Below are positions 42,828-52,623 of a stretch of 64,000 nucleotides of DNA, one piece after another. The stretch lies in contig JAWVEM010000025.1 of the NCBI GenBank assembly GCA_033856735.1, positions 972 through 64,971 on the forward strand. The letters are read 5' to 3'. Under the pieces are notes generated by a model. The model did no database searches and was not told the origin of the DNA. It saw only the letters and a program-made list of their open reading frames with translations. Made by a program: the position numbers and the translations under genes. This stretch comes from Blastocatellia bacterium. Its GTDB lineage: Bacteria > Acidobacteriota > Blastocatellia > Pyrinomonadales > Pyrinomonadaceae. The number at the start of each line of letters is the position of its first letter. Position 1 is the first letter of the stretch.

Positions 42828-45257
42828 TTATCGTCCAGGCTCAAAGGTAAGGACATCTTTCGTGGCTGTCTCCACCGCAGACTTCGTAAACGGAAATATG
42901 CGCGGGGTGACATTGCGCCAGTCCTCGAGCTGATCCTTCCAATGCGGATTCGACGGCACTCCCGATTCACCGAGGGTAATTCCGTGTCGGGTCTGGTCCC
43001 AATCGCTTGGGTCCGCGATGAACCGCATCGAAACGTTGCTGCCCACATTGACGGTGGCTCCGAGACTGCCGGTGCCGTTTTGCGGAAACGGTGGAATAGC
43101 GAACTGCAAACCGATGAAAGGCACGCCCGCCAGCGGATGCGCAAATCGAACTTTCTGCATCTCGCCCCATTTCCATTTTGATTCATCCGCACTTGGATTT
43201 CTGGTCAGACTCTGACGCGCGTCGCCGTAGCAGGCGCGCAAGAGTTCGGCATAGCTGTTAAATTCCTTCGGCAGCCATTCCTTCGGCTGCTCAACCAGGA
43301 AACTATCGAGCGTTGTTTCAAAATTGGCCCAGCCGTACACCTTGAACAGATCTGGACCAAGCGCGGCGGTCAGTATCCGCAGGCGAAACGCCGCGCGCAT
43401 TTGAAAAGCCAAGGCCGCTTCGGATGACTCCGCATTAACTTCGCCGTTCCACTTTTCCAAAGCACCGATCGAGTCTCGCAGCTTTTGATCATTACTGAAC
43501 GCCGCTGCTTTGAGTATTTTCGCGCTGTCACGGGCAAACGAGGCCAGCCCAATGGAATACACATCGCCCTGAATCCTGCGAAAGTCATCAATCGTCAGTT
43601 TGGGTTTCTGATTGAGAAGGTCCCAGATACGCCGCGCGCGGTACGGCTGGGCCCACGAGTGCGTCAGGAAGTATGGATAGTCGGTGCCGACAATCCTTTG
43701 ATTTGCCGTAACAATAATTCCGGTCGGTGGATCGTAGAGGTGGGGAAGTTTGTCGAAGGGAATCCAACCGGTCCAGTCGCCCGCGTCAGTAGCGCCGTCG
43801 TAAGGGACGCTGCCGTCACCCGATTTGCGCATGGGAATGATGCCGGCGGCGTAGTAACCGATGTGCCCATCGACATCCGCGTAGACGACGTTCTGTGTCG
43901 GAGCAGTAAACGAGTGCAGCGCCTGGGTGAATTCTTTCCAGTTGCGCGCTTTCGCGACCAGATAGCTGCTGTCAGCGTTATTCGCTTTCGGATCCAACGC
44001 GGTCCATCGCAAAGCATAGCGCTTCGAATCTCTCTCAAGGATGATTGGGCCATGGCGCGTGACCGTTACATCAAGCCTGGTTATGTCGGTTTCCGAATTA
44101 TCGAAGCCCTTGCGGACTTTGATCTCTTCGTGACGCATTTCGGCGTCTCGCCAGCCCTGCGGTGTCAGGTAGCGGCGAGGATTGGCCGGATCAAACTTTT
44201 CGATGTAGAGATCCTGCACATCGGGGCCGACATTGGTGAAGCCCCAGGCTATGCGTTCATTGTGGCCAATCACTACGCCGGGCAGGCCGGGTGCCGTGAC
44301 GCCGGCCACACGGAGGCCGGGCGCGCTGAGTTGCACCATGTGCCAGATTGACGGCGCCGAAGCCGCGAGATGAGGATCGTTTGCCAGAAGAGGCTTGCCC
44401 GACGCGGTGTGTTTGCCGCTCACCACCCAATTGTTACTGGCCGCGAGTCCTTCCGCGTACAGGCCGATTCGTTCCAGGGCTTGGGACGCATTCTCCTGGT
44501 CGTTCGCCAGGGCTGCTAAGAATCCACCCGAAACAATAGTCCCATTTTGCTGAGTAACCGCATTCAGTCTCTTCGTGTCCTTGCCGACGACGAGCACATC
44601 GAGCGCTGATGTTTCGGGCATCAAAGCCGCGCGTTTTTCGGCGGGCAAGACAGCTAGCGCTTCGCGCATCACGTCGAGTCGCCACGTGGTTGAGAGCGCT
44701 TCGGCAAACAGTTTGACGGGCAGCAACGAATCCGCCGGCGTCCATGGCCGGGGCTTATATTTGAGGATTTGAAACTCAGGTGGCAGTGATTTGGGATCGA
44801 GAGAATCGATGTAGGCATTAACGCCGCGCGCATAGGCTGCGAGCACGGCGCGTGTCTGCGGAGATGCCTGGGCCAACTCCGCATCTACCTCCTGGGCAAA
44901 GCCCATCGTGCGGTGTTGCTTGTCTTGCTCAATCACCGCATTGTTCGGCCCTGCTCCCAGAATTTCGGCGAGCTCTCCGCGTGCCGTCCGGCGCATCAGG
45001 TCCATCTGCCACAGTCGATCATTGGCAGTAGCATAGCCTTGCCCAAAATAAAGATCTTCATCATTCGTGGCTTCAATATAGGGAATGCCCCGTTCATCGC
45101 GTCGCACGGTAACGCGCCCGTGAAGCCCGGGGATGGTGATGGTGCGACTTGCCTGTTGGGCGAATGCGCGCGAGAACTGAAAATCGTTGGCTACACCGCA
45201 GAGGCCGATGGCCAGAGCTACCAACAGTATTTTCCCTAATCTGAATCTGATCTTCAT
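42828..45257 (-). CDS. Penicillin acylase / acyl-homoserine-lactone acylase family Ntn hydrolase
   Basis: Signal peptide, an SNNWVVSG autoprocessing and nucleophile site, and NDPHL. ATG at 45257 follows AAGGTGA. Confidence 0.85.
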   Translation of the reverse strand: MKIRFRLGKILLVALAIGLCGVANDFQFSRAFAQQASRTITIPGLHGRVTVRRDERGIPYIEATNDEDLYFGQGYATANDRLWQMDLMRRTARGELAEILGAGPNNAVIEQDKQHRTMGFAQEVDAELAQASPQTRAVLAAYARGVNAYIDSLDPKSLPPEFQILKYKPRPWTPADSLLPVKLFAEALSTTWRLDVMREALAVLPAEKRAALMPETSALDVLVVGKDTKRLNAVTQQNGTIVSGGFLAALANDQENASQALERIGLYAEGLAASNNWVVSGKHTASGKPLLANDPHLAASAPSIWHMVQLSAPGLRVAGVTAPGLPGVVIGHNERIAWGFTNVGPDVQDLYIEKFDPANPRRYLTPQGWRDAEMRHEEIKVRKGFDNSETDITRLDVTVTRHGPIILERDSKRYALRWTALDPKANNADSSYLVAKARNWKEFTQALHSFTAPTQNVVYADVDGHIGYYAAGIIPMRKSGDGSVPYDGATDAGDWTGWIPFDKLPHLYDPPTGIIVTANQRIVGTDYPYFLTHSWAQPYRARRIWDLLNQKPKLTIDDFRRIQGDVYSIGLASFARDSAKILKAAAFSNDQKLRDSIGALEKWNGEVNAESSEAALAFQMRAAFRLRILTAALGPDLFKVYGWANFETTLDSFLVEQPKEWLPKEFNSYAELLRACYGDARQSLTRNPSADESKWKWGEMQKVRFAHPLAGVPFIGLQFAIPPFPQNGTGSLGATVNVGSNVSMRFIADPSDWDQTRHGITLGESGVPSNPHWKDQLEDWRNVTPRIFPFTKSAVETATKDVLTFEPGR

Positions 45258-45563
45258 CGGTTCACCTTTTTGGTCGGGAATCAGCTTTGCAAAAGGCGAG
45301 CATGGTACCACATGGTGCGAAGGTGGTTGCTCAGTGTGAACGGAGGGCACCGTTCTAATTCTGCCTTTCTCAGCGCCTTCCGTCTTTGCTTCGCGCCTTT
45401 GCGCGAAACAAGACGACTGAAGACATATTTCCCCGCAAAGGCGCAGAGTGAGATCGAAAGACGCAAAGGGAAATCAAGAAGTCACTTCGGCGTTGACGGC
45501 GAGGCTTGCGCCCATTACAATCCGCTTACGTTTGAAGTTCCATTGCTGAACTGAGATTTCGGA

Positions 45564-46442
45564 TTGCGTAACCAAATCAAATCGATTGTTGCCGGCGCGG
45601 GTGCGCTGATGTTCGTCCTGAGTGCCGCGTGGGTCGCTTGCGGCCAGCAGCGCCCGCTGCTCACCGAAGATGTGGATATCATCCCGCCCGGCTCGATGCG
45701 GATCGGTGCGGGAATTGATTTTGTGCAAAGGGCGAAGTACCCGGTCTCGGGACTGACCGGCGATCTCACGCGCGCCGGCGTGATCGGCATCAGCATTGGC
45801 CTGGCGCCGAACGTGGAAGTGCAAATCGAAGGCGTGGCTCAGAACTTTGTGAGTATTAATTCCCGCGGGCCGAGCGCGATTCCGCTCAACGTAGCGGCCG
45901 GAGCCAACTCCACCAACGATGTTGGTGACTTTACTCTCTGGACTAAGATTAAGCTGCGCAACGAGACTGCTCATTTGCCGTCGCTGGGTTTTCGTTTTGG
46001 TGTACAACTTCCGAATTCAAACCAGGCCCGCGGCATCGGTTTGAATCAAACCAACGCTTACGGCCAGATACTCTTCGGCAAAAAATTCGGTCCGAACGCG
46101 CGGGTGAATACGTTCGGCAATCTCGGAATTGGAATTCTCACCGCCCCAACGGGGTTGTTCACACAGAACGATGTTTTGACTTATGGTTTCGCCGGGATTG
46201 TGCGGCTAAACAAACAGTTCAGCCTCGCGGGCGAAGTTAACGGGCGCGCGAACACGCGGCCGGGCAGCGGGCCCCTGGGAACTGAATCGCAGGGCGAGGC
46301 CCGCCTCGGGATGCAAGTGCGCGCCTCTGGGCTGCGCTTCGATTTTGCCGGCATCAAAGGAATAACCAGGCTCAGCCCGCGGTCGGGACTCACCGTGGGT
46401 GTTACGTACGATACTCCCTCGATCTTTACGCCAGCCAAATAG
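45564..46442 (+). CDS. Putative outer-membrane beta-barrel protein
   Basis: Signal peptide (AGAGALMFVLSAAWVACGQQ) and an alternating hydrophobic beta-strand pattern throughout. The start codon is TTG. Confidence 0.5.
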   Translation: MRNQIKSIVAGAGALMFVLSAAWVACGQQRPLLTEDVDIIPPGSMRIGAGIDFVQRAKYPVSGLTGDLTRAGVIGISIGLAPNVEVQIEGVAQNFVSINSRGPSAIPLNVAAGANSTNDVGDFTLWTKIKLRNETAHLPSLGFRFGVQLPNSNQARGIGLNQTNAYGQILFGKKFGPNARVNTFGNLGIGILTAPTGLFTQNDVLTYGFAGIVRLNKQFSLAGEVNGRANTRPGSGPLGTESQGEARLGMQVRASGLRFDFAGIKGITRLSPRSGLTVGVTYDTPSIFTPAK

Positions 46443-46558
46443 TTCACGTTAGGAGTTGATTCTTAGCGGACTGAGTGGCGGGCGCAACTAAAGCTAGAAC
46501 TCAAAACTGATCCACTACTGAGAAGTAGAATCTTTCGCGCGAATTCGCCGCTGGTTCT

Positions 46559-47197
46559 ATGTTCGATTGGTTGCATGTTCTCGCCAAGCGTTTGGGGCAC
46601 TTCATCGTGCACGTGCCGATCTTCGTGGCTGGCCCGGCGATGATTTTGATCGGAGCTCTCGACTCGTCGCTGCTGTCGCTGCCGGAAGTGAACGACTACC
46701 TCGTTGTGGCGCGTTGCTACACGCACCCGCGAGCGGTTTTCTTTTTCCCGATGTTCGCGGCAGTCGGATCGGTGCTCGGCTGCTTTCTTCTCTACACGAT
46801 CCTGAGTCGCGGCGGCAGAGCGGTGTTGCATCGCCGCTTCAACGCGGAACATATCCAACGGGTAGAGCGAGCTTATGCTCGCTTTGGCATTTTGGCGCTG
46901 GCCGTGCCCGCTTTGCTTCCGCCGCCAATGCCGTTCAAGATTTTTGTGGCCACCGCCGGCGCTCTGCAGTTTCCGCGGCGCCGGTTTTTGTTGACGATAC
47001 TGCTGGCTCGTTCGCTCCGTTATTATGCTGAAGGCGCGCTGGCGGTTTTCTACGGCGAAAGAGTGCTGCGCTTCTCGAAAGATAATGGGATAGTGATTAT
47101 CAGTATTGTGACCGGGCTTTTTGTGCTGGCCCTTGCCATCTATCTCTTATCGAGTACGGGCCGGGCTGCAGTAAAATCCGCTAAGGAAAATGAGTAG
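46559..47197 (+). CDS. YqaA/DedA-superfamily (VTT domain) membrane protein
   Basis: LPPPMPFKIFVATAGALQF and RSLRYYAEGALAVFYGE motifs. Confidence 0.7.
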   Translation: MFDWLHVLAKRLGHFIVHVPIFVAGPAMILIGALDSSLLSLPEVNDYLVVARCYTHPRAVFFFPMFAAVGSVLGCFLLYTILSRGGRAVLHRRFNAEHIQRVERAYARFGILALAVPALLPPPMPFKIFVATAGALQFPRRRFLLTILLARSLRYYAEGALAVFYGERVLRFSKDNGIVIISIVTGLFVLALAIYLLSSTGRAAVKSAKENE

Positions 47198-47227
47198 TGG
47201 TTCCAGTTTTGAAAGGACACTGATTTA

Positions 47228-47875
47228 TTGAAAACACTCATTCATAAGGTTACCGGAGGGCTGACGAAGCTCTCCCAGTATCTGGTTTCGTTTGGTCCAC
47301 TGGGGCTGTTGGCGATCGCGTTTCTTGATTCACTCTTTATTCCTATGCCGGGTGGCGTGGATGCGGTGCTGTTATTGCTGGCCGCTGCGCGGCCTTCATG
47401 GATGTTGATTTATGTGGCCGCGGCGACGGTCGGCTCGACGGCGGGTTGCGTCGGTCTCTATAAGATTTCTCAGCGGGCGGGGCATCGCGCGTTACGTCGC
47501 TTCTCTGAGAAAAAGCAAAAACGGGTCAAGGATTTGATCGACCGTTACGACGTGCTCTCGGTGCTGGTTGCATCGCTGCTGCCACCGCCTTTTCCCTTCA
47601 AGCTGTTTGTGGTGTCGGCCGGCGTGTTCCGGCTGAACGTGGTGCGCTTTACGATTGCCGTCGCCGCCGGGCGCACTTTTCGTTATTTGCTGGAGGGGTA
47701 TCTTGCCGCGCACTACGGCGAACACGCAAAGGAAATATTGGGCCGGTACTATCCGGCAATCGGCATTGGACTGGCAGTGCTGATTATTATGGTGTTTGTC
47801 GGCAAGAATCTGATGGGCCGCGGCGCGTCGACACAATCCGTATCAGACGTGCCCGTATCAGATGTCGAGAGCTAA
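47228..47875 (+). CDS. YqaA/DedA-superfamily membrane protein (tandem paralog)
   Basis: LPPPFPFKLFVVSAGVFRL and RTFRYLLEGYLAAHYGE are clearly paralogous to the upstream gene. Confidence 0.7.
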   Translation: MKTLIHKVTGGLTKLSQYLVSFGPLGLLAIAFLDSLFIPMPGGVDAVLLLLAAARPSWMLIYVAAATVGSTAGCVGLYKISQRAGHRALRRFSEKKQKRVKDLIDRYDVLSVLVASLLPPPFPFKLFVVSAGVFRLNVVRFTIAVAAGRTFRYLLEGYLAAHYGEHAKEILGRYYPAIGIGLAVLIIMVFVGKNLMGRGASTQSVSDVPVSDVES

Positions 47876-48709
47876 TTGCAGATCAATACCGGCGGCGAGG
47901 GCCTCGGTGTTGGCGCGAAAGCTGCGAGCTTCAAACAGAGTACGCACGCCCTGCGATCCGAGTTGATCCAGCAGACGCAGAAGCAACTCGGCCGTAGCAT
48001 ACGCATCGCTGGCGGCCCGGTGGCGCCCGGTAATCTCAAGACCGAAATGTTCGGCCAGGGCATCGAGGTTATGACTGTCGAGGGAGCGCAGAATTCGCCG
48101 GGCCAGTTTTACCGTGCAGAGTTCCGCGTTGCGCATTCGAGTGCCGGGAAATACCCGTGCGATCTCGCGATTGAGCAGCGCCAGATCAAACTTGGAATCG
48201 TGCGCTACCAGCACGGCGTCGCCGGCAAAATCCAGCCAGGCGTCGGCGATTTCGGCGAACTTCGGGGCGCCCCTGAGCATTTCATCCGAAATACCTGTTA
48301 ACGCAGCTATGAATCGCGGCAGCCGCAGGCCCGGATCGATCAGACTTTGGAACTCGTCGAGAATCTTTCCTGAACGGACCCGGTATGCGCCAATTTCGAT
48401 CATCCGCGCCGGCAGTCCTTTCGAGCCAATCGCCTCGACATCGAGGACGACAAAATCGATTTCATTGAGGGGACGATACTCAACGGGATCGTCAATGATC
48501 GCAAGCTGGCCCGCATCCAGGATGAAACGCGGATCGTCGCGCACCAGATCGTCGATCAGCGAAGCCGCCAATTCATCGTCGGCGTTAGGAAGACGGAAAA
48601 CTACATCGACGATTTCAGTGACTTTCGAGCGCCCGCCGTTTTTGCTCAGCAAGTCAAAAGTTTCCTGGACCAGCGCTGAGTCGGAAATTAGATTACGATG
48701 AGTTTCCAC
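47858..48709 (-). CDS. DnaQ-like 3'-5' exonuclease domain protein
   Basis: Exo motifs VVLDVEAIG, VAHDSKFDLALL and HRAASDAYATA. Confidence 0.8.
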   Translation of the reverse strand: METHRNLISDSALVQETFDLLSKNGGRSKVTEIVDVVFRLPNADDELAASLIDDLVRDDPRFILDAGQLAIIDDPVEYRPLNEIDFVVLDVEAIGSKGLPARMIEIGAYRVRSGKILDEFQSLIDPGLRLPRFIAALTGISDEMLRGAPKFAEIADAWLDFAGDAVLVAHDSKFDLALLNREIARVFPGTRMRNAELCTVKLARRILRSLDSHNLDALAEHFGLEITGRHRAASDAYATAELLLRLLDQLGSQGVRTLFEARSFRANTEALAAGIDLQLALDI

Positions 48710-48774
48710 TGGCAGGCATTGTAGTCTTTGGTAAAGGCTTTTTGAAACCCGGGATATTTGATCCTCTGGAAGCG

Positions 48775-49350
48775 ATGAGCCAAACAGAAGTAATCGAAGA
48801 ATTCAAAAGCTCCGGCGCTTTGCTGGAAGGCCATTTCATTTTGTCGAGCGGCCTGCACAGCCCGGTTTATTTGCAATGCGCGCTCGCACTGGAATCCACG
48901 GCGCGGGCTACAGAATTCGGGGCCGAGCTCGCGCAACATTTTCGTGACAGCCAAATCGAAACCGTCGCTTCTCCGGCCATCGGAGGGATCGTGATTGGAT
49001 ACGAAGTCGCGCGGCAACTGGGCGCGCAATTCATTTGGACGGAACGTGAAGCGGGCCGCATGACTCTGCGGAGGGGCTTTCGGGTCGGGAAAGGGGAACG
49101 AGTGTTGGTAGTCGAAGATGTGATCACCACCGGCGGCTCGACGCGCGAAACAATCGACACCCTGAAGCTTCTGGGAGCAAACGTGGTCGCGGCCGCTTCG
49201 ATCATCGATCGTTCGGGAGGAAAAGCCGACGTGGGCGTACCGCGGGTGTCGCTCGCTACGCTCGATGTTCCTGCCGTTACGCCGGCTGATTGCGAAGCCT
49301 GCCAGCGCGGCGATGAGGCAATCAAGCCCGGCAGCAGAAAAATCGCGTGA
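48775..49350 (+). CDS. pyrE: Orotate phosphoribosyltransferase
   Basis: GHFILSSGLHSPVYLQC and the PRPP loop VLVVEDVITTGGST. ATG at 48775 is preferred over TTG at 48742. Confidence 0.85.
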   Translation: MSQTEVIEEFKSSGALLEGHFILSSGLHSPVYLQCALALESTARATEFGAELAQHFRDSQIETVASPAIGGIVIGYEVARQLGAQFIWTEREAGRMTLRRGFRVGKGERVLVVEDVITTGGSTRETIDTLKLLGANVVAAASIIDRSGGKADVGVPRVSLATLDVPAVTPADCEACQRGDEAIKPGSRKIA

Positions 49351-49488
49351 CTACTGTTTCGCGTGAATACCGTTTAGAGGCGGACTACCGCCCGCCGGTT
49401 TTGTGAGCCTGGAATCTAAAAATCCGGAAGGCGCGCGCCCGCCGCTAAACATCAATACGATTGTAAACACGACGATAGATCGGGTTCG

Positions 49489-50241
49489 ATGAATTTTAAA
49501 CTGCTGATCCAGTATGACGGCACGGAGTTTCATGGCTGGCAGACACAAGCAGGACTGCGCACGGTTCAGGGTGAATTGATCCGCGTGCTTTCGCTGCTCG
49601 ATGATCGCGAAGTCAAGGTTCATGGATCAGGCCGAACTGATGCGGGCGTGCATGCTGAGGGACAGGTCGCCAGCGTCCAGCTCGAGCGCAAAATCACAGC
49701 TCACAAACTACGTAACGCAATCAACGGCAACCTGGCGCGCGATGTGCGCGTACTGTTTGCCGAGATAGCCCATGATGACTTCCACGCCCGCTATTCCGCG
49801 GTCAGCAAGACCTATGTCTATCGCCTGGTCCACGGGCCCGTGATGTCGCCGTTCTGGTCGCGCTTTGCTCATCAGGAAGCCCGCACAGTCGATCTCGATC
49901 GAATGCGCGAAGGCGCCCGGCTCTTCTTAGGCGAGCACGATTGGACGGCGTTTTCAGCCGCGGAGTCGGATGCTGAGTCTCGCGTACGAACGATTACACA
50001 ACTCGATATCAGCGCGGGATGGGACGGGCGGGGCCTCTGTCATCTGATTGAATTTACCCCAACTGCCAACGGTTTTCTGCGGTACATGGTTCGGTCGATC
50101 GTGGGAACTTTGCTGGCCGTGGGCCGCGGTGAGATCGATCTCGATACGGTGAGACGCGCGATTGCGGAAGGGAACCGCGAGCTGGCCGGCCCAACCGCGC
50201 CGGCGTGCGGCCTGACGCTGCTGCGGGTGCAGTATGATTGA
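49489..50241 (+). CDS. truA: tRNA pseudouridine(38-40) synthase
   Basis: YDGTEFHGWQ.Q and GSGRTDAGVHA (catalytic Asp) motifs. Confidence 0.92.
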   Translation: MNFKLLIQYDGTEFHGWQTQAGLRTVQGELIRVLSLLDDREVKVHGSGRTDAGVHAEGQVASVQLERKITAHKLRNAINGNLARDVRVLFAEIAHDDFHARYSAVSKTYVYRLVHGPVMSPFWSRFAHQEARTVDLDRMREGARLFLGEHDWTAFSAAESDAESRVRTITQLDISAGWDGRGLCHLIEFTPTANGFLRYMVRSIVGTLLAVGRGEIDLDTVRRAIAEGNRELAGPTAPACGLTLLRVQYD

Positions 50242-50383
50242 CAGTGCCTCCTTCAGCAGTAAGAATGAAACAGCTTTCGATTTGTAACCCTGATTCCTTG
50301 TATTGAGGTGAGTTCGGAGTCAACCTTCAGGTTGCACCTGAGTGAAGCAAGCTGAAGCTTGAACTCTGAACTCGGATAAAATA

Positions 50384-51175
50384 TTGCTTGCTGACTTCGC
50401 AGACGTTGTAGCCAAAGGCACTCCTGACGAACGCTTGCTAACAGCGGTTGATTGGGATCGCCTGCCTCGCCATGTGGCCGTGATTATGGACGGCAATGGG
50501 CGTTGGGCGGCGCAACGCGGGCAGCCCAGGATCGCAGGGCACCGGGCCGGCGTGGAGGCGGTGCGCGCCGCGGTTGATACCGGCGCCCGTTTAGGACTAG
50601 GGGCCCTGACGCTATACGCCTTCTCAACCGAAAACTGGAAGCGTCCGCGTTACGAAGTTGATGCTCTGATGCGGATGCTCAGGAAGTACCTGCGATTAGA
50701 GCTGGACGAGATCAATCGCCAAAATATTCGCTTTCAGACGATTGGCCGCATCGAGGCTTTGGCGCCGACTGTCAGAAACGAGATCGCGCGGGCCTCTGAA
50801 CGCACGGCCACGAACACCGGCATGGTTCTGAGTGTGGCGTTGAACTATGGCGGACGCGCCGAGATTGTCGATGCCTGTCGCGCTGCGATGCGGAAATTGC
50901 AGGCCGAGGGACGATCGGCGGATGAGCTAAGCGAAGCGGACATCGAGCGGGAGTTGTACACCAAAAACCTGCCGGAGTTAGATCTGCTGGTGCGCACGAG
51001 TGGTGAATTGCGGATCTCGAACTTCTTGCTCTGGCAGAGCGCTTACGCCGAGATTTACGTGACCGAAACTCTGTGGCCTGATTTCCGGCGCTTGCATCTG
51101 CTCGAGGCCGTTGTCGATTACCAGCAGCGCAGCCGGCGGTTTGGTGGACTCAAACTCGTCGCAAACGCCAAGTGA
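50384..51175 (+). CDS. uppS: Undecaprenyl diphosphate synthase (isoprenyl transferase)
   Basis: HVAVIMDGNGRWA, FSTENWKRP and DLLVRTSGELRISNFLLWQSAYAE motifs. Confidence 0.93.
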   Translation: MLADFADVVAKGTPDERLLTAVDWDRLPRHVAVIMDGNGRWAAQRGQPRIAGHRAGVEAVRAAVDTGARLGLGALTLYAFSTENWKRPRYEVDALMRMLRKYLRLELDEINRQNIRFQTIGRIEALAPTVRNEIARASERTATNTGMVLSVALNYGGRAEIVDACRAAMRKLQAEGRSADELSEADIERELYTKNLPELDLLVRTSGELRISNFLLWQSAYAEIYVTETLWPDFRRLHLLEAVVDYQQRSRRFGGLKLVANAK

Positions 51176-51183
51176 CGCGCCAA

Positions 51184-51278
51184 GTCAGAACCGCCTGCGG
51201 TAGCGGGCGGACTCGGTTACCCGAGTCGCATCTTGAAGATGAACGGTAAGACCGCCCGCTACCGCAGGCGGTTCTGAC
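51184..51278. repeat. Perfect 27-bp inverted repeat (REP/MITE-like intergenic element)
   Basis: GTCAGAACCGCCTGCGGTAGCGGGCGG (51184-51210) is the exact reverse complement of 51252-51278. An inner hairpin ACTCGG-TTAC-CCGAGT lies at 51211-51226. Confidence 0.85.
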
Positions 51279-51301
51279 AAGGCAGAAACTTCGCGATTCC
51301 T

Positions 51302-52189
51302 TTGAAAACCAAAACACCAAAACCAAACTCTAAGGCGTTCCTGGGGAATCTTCCGCCCGCGCTGGCGCGGGTGGTGACCGCGGCGGTGCTGCTGCCGATT
51401 CTGGTCGTTTCGATTATCTTTGCAAAGCTAGCACTCTTGTTTGTGGTGCTGGCGGCAGCGGCGCTGATTGTGGCGCTTTTTGAATTCTGGTTGCTGGCTC
51501 GGAAACAACAGATTCGCGCGGACGCCGCGGCGGGACTGTTGGGCGCCGTCGCGCTCTTGACCGCTTTCTATTTTACGCGGCCGGGCAAGTTGCCTGATCT
51601 GCTAATGATTCAGATCATACTGATCCTGCTTACCATCGGGTCCCTCGTGGCCGCGATGCTGCGGGGTGCGCCCTTCGACCGAATGATCACTTCGGCTGGG
51701 GTCACGGTCCTGGGCGTGATGTACATCTTTCTACTCGGAGGACATCTGGTCGCTTTGCGCGTGGGTTTTGCGCCCCAACTTTCAAAACATCTGCTGGCGT
51801 TTTTCTTTTTGGTGATCATGGGCGCGGACGCGGCGGCCTATTACGGCGGCAGAGCTTTCGGGAAACACAAACTGGCCGCCGGCATTAGTCCGGGCAAAAC
51901 GTGGGAAGGCGCGGTGGCGGGAATGCTGGGCAGTCTACTGCTCGCATCCGCGGCCCACTATTGGTTCTTTTTCGAATTGCCGACGAAGTTTGCCCTCGGT
52001 CTGGCGGCGCTAATGAACGTAATCAGCGTCATCGGCGATTTAACGGAAAGTGCGCTGAAGCGCAGTGCCGGCGCGAAAGATACTGCACAAATCCTGCCGG
52101 GTCATGGCGGCGTTCTCGATCGGATCGACAGCTTGCTGTTCAATGCGCCGGTCATCTACTATTTTGCCAGGTTGTATTTCAACTCATAA
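51302..52189 (+). CDS. cdsA: Phosphatidate cytidylyltransferase
   Basis: Polytopic protein with SPGKTWEGAVAG and the C-terminal signature SALKRSAGAKD...LPGHGGVLDRIDSLLF. Confidence 0.9.
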   Translation: MKTKTPKPNSKAFLGNLPPALARVVTAAVLLPILVVSIIFAKLALLFVVLAAAALIVALFEFWLLARKQQIRADAAAGLLGAVALLTAFYFTRPGKLPDLLMIQIILILLTIGSLVAAMLRGAPFDRMITSAGVTVLGVMYIFLLGGHLVALRVGFAPQLSKHLLAFFFLVIMGADAAAYYGGRAFGKHKLAAGISPGKTWEGAVAGMLGSLLLASAAHYWFFFELPTKFALGLAALMNVISVIGDLTESALKRSAGAKDTAQILPGHGGVLDRIDSLLFNAPVIYYFARLYFNS

Positions 52190-52612
52190 ATGAGTACGAA
52201 GAAAATAATTTTGATCATCGCGGGAATTATGGCGGTGCTGGCGTTGATCGTAGCGCTGTTCGTCGGCGGGATCGCCTGGTTTGCGTTTCACACCATCGCC
52301 AACAGCGAAGCTGCGGATGAGGCCCGTACCTTTCTTCGAAAAAACGAAATCTTGAAACAGGACATCGGCGAAGTGAAAGACTTTGGATCTTTTATTACCG
52401 GGAACGTCAACGTACACAACACCGACGGTGAAGCGACGCTGAATCTGAAAGTCATCGGCGAGAAACGTACCGTGAATGCGACGGTGAACCTTTCGTACCG
52501 CAGCAATCGATCGTGGCGCGTCACGGGCGCGACCTATGATCGCGATGGGCAAACGATCGATTTAGTGCAGGGCTATGGCCCGCCCCCGACACCAACGCCT
52601 CCGGCAGATTAA
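52190..52612 (+). CDS. Membrane-anchored hypothetical protein
   Basis: N-terminal TM helix (IILIIAGIMAVLALIVALFVGGIAWF) and a beta-rich ectodomain. The ATG lies directly after the cdsA stop. Confidence 0.55.
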   Translation: MSTKKIILIIAGIMAVLALIVALFVGGIAWFAFHTIANSEAADEARTFLRKNEILKQDIGEVKDFGSFITGNVNVHNTDGEATLNLKVIGEKRTVNATVNLSYRSNRSWRVTGATYDRDGQTIDLVQGYGPPPTPTPPAD

Positions 52613-52623
52613 TTTCAAATCTT

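Noticed and set aside
43485-44351. 288-aa ORF on the plus strand
   Set aside because: It is antisense to the penicillin-acylase-family gene. It has no recognisable motifs and no RBS, so it is a shadow ORF.
46567-47031. 154-aa ORF in an alternative + frame
   Set aside because: It overlaps the YqaA-like gene in another frame. The YqaA frame has a clear paralog immediately downstream, and this frame does not.
48114-48701. 195-aa plus-strand ORF (and 47876-48301)
   Set aside because: It is antisense to the DnaQ-like exonuclease gene, which shows all three Exo motifs.
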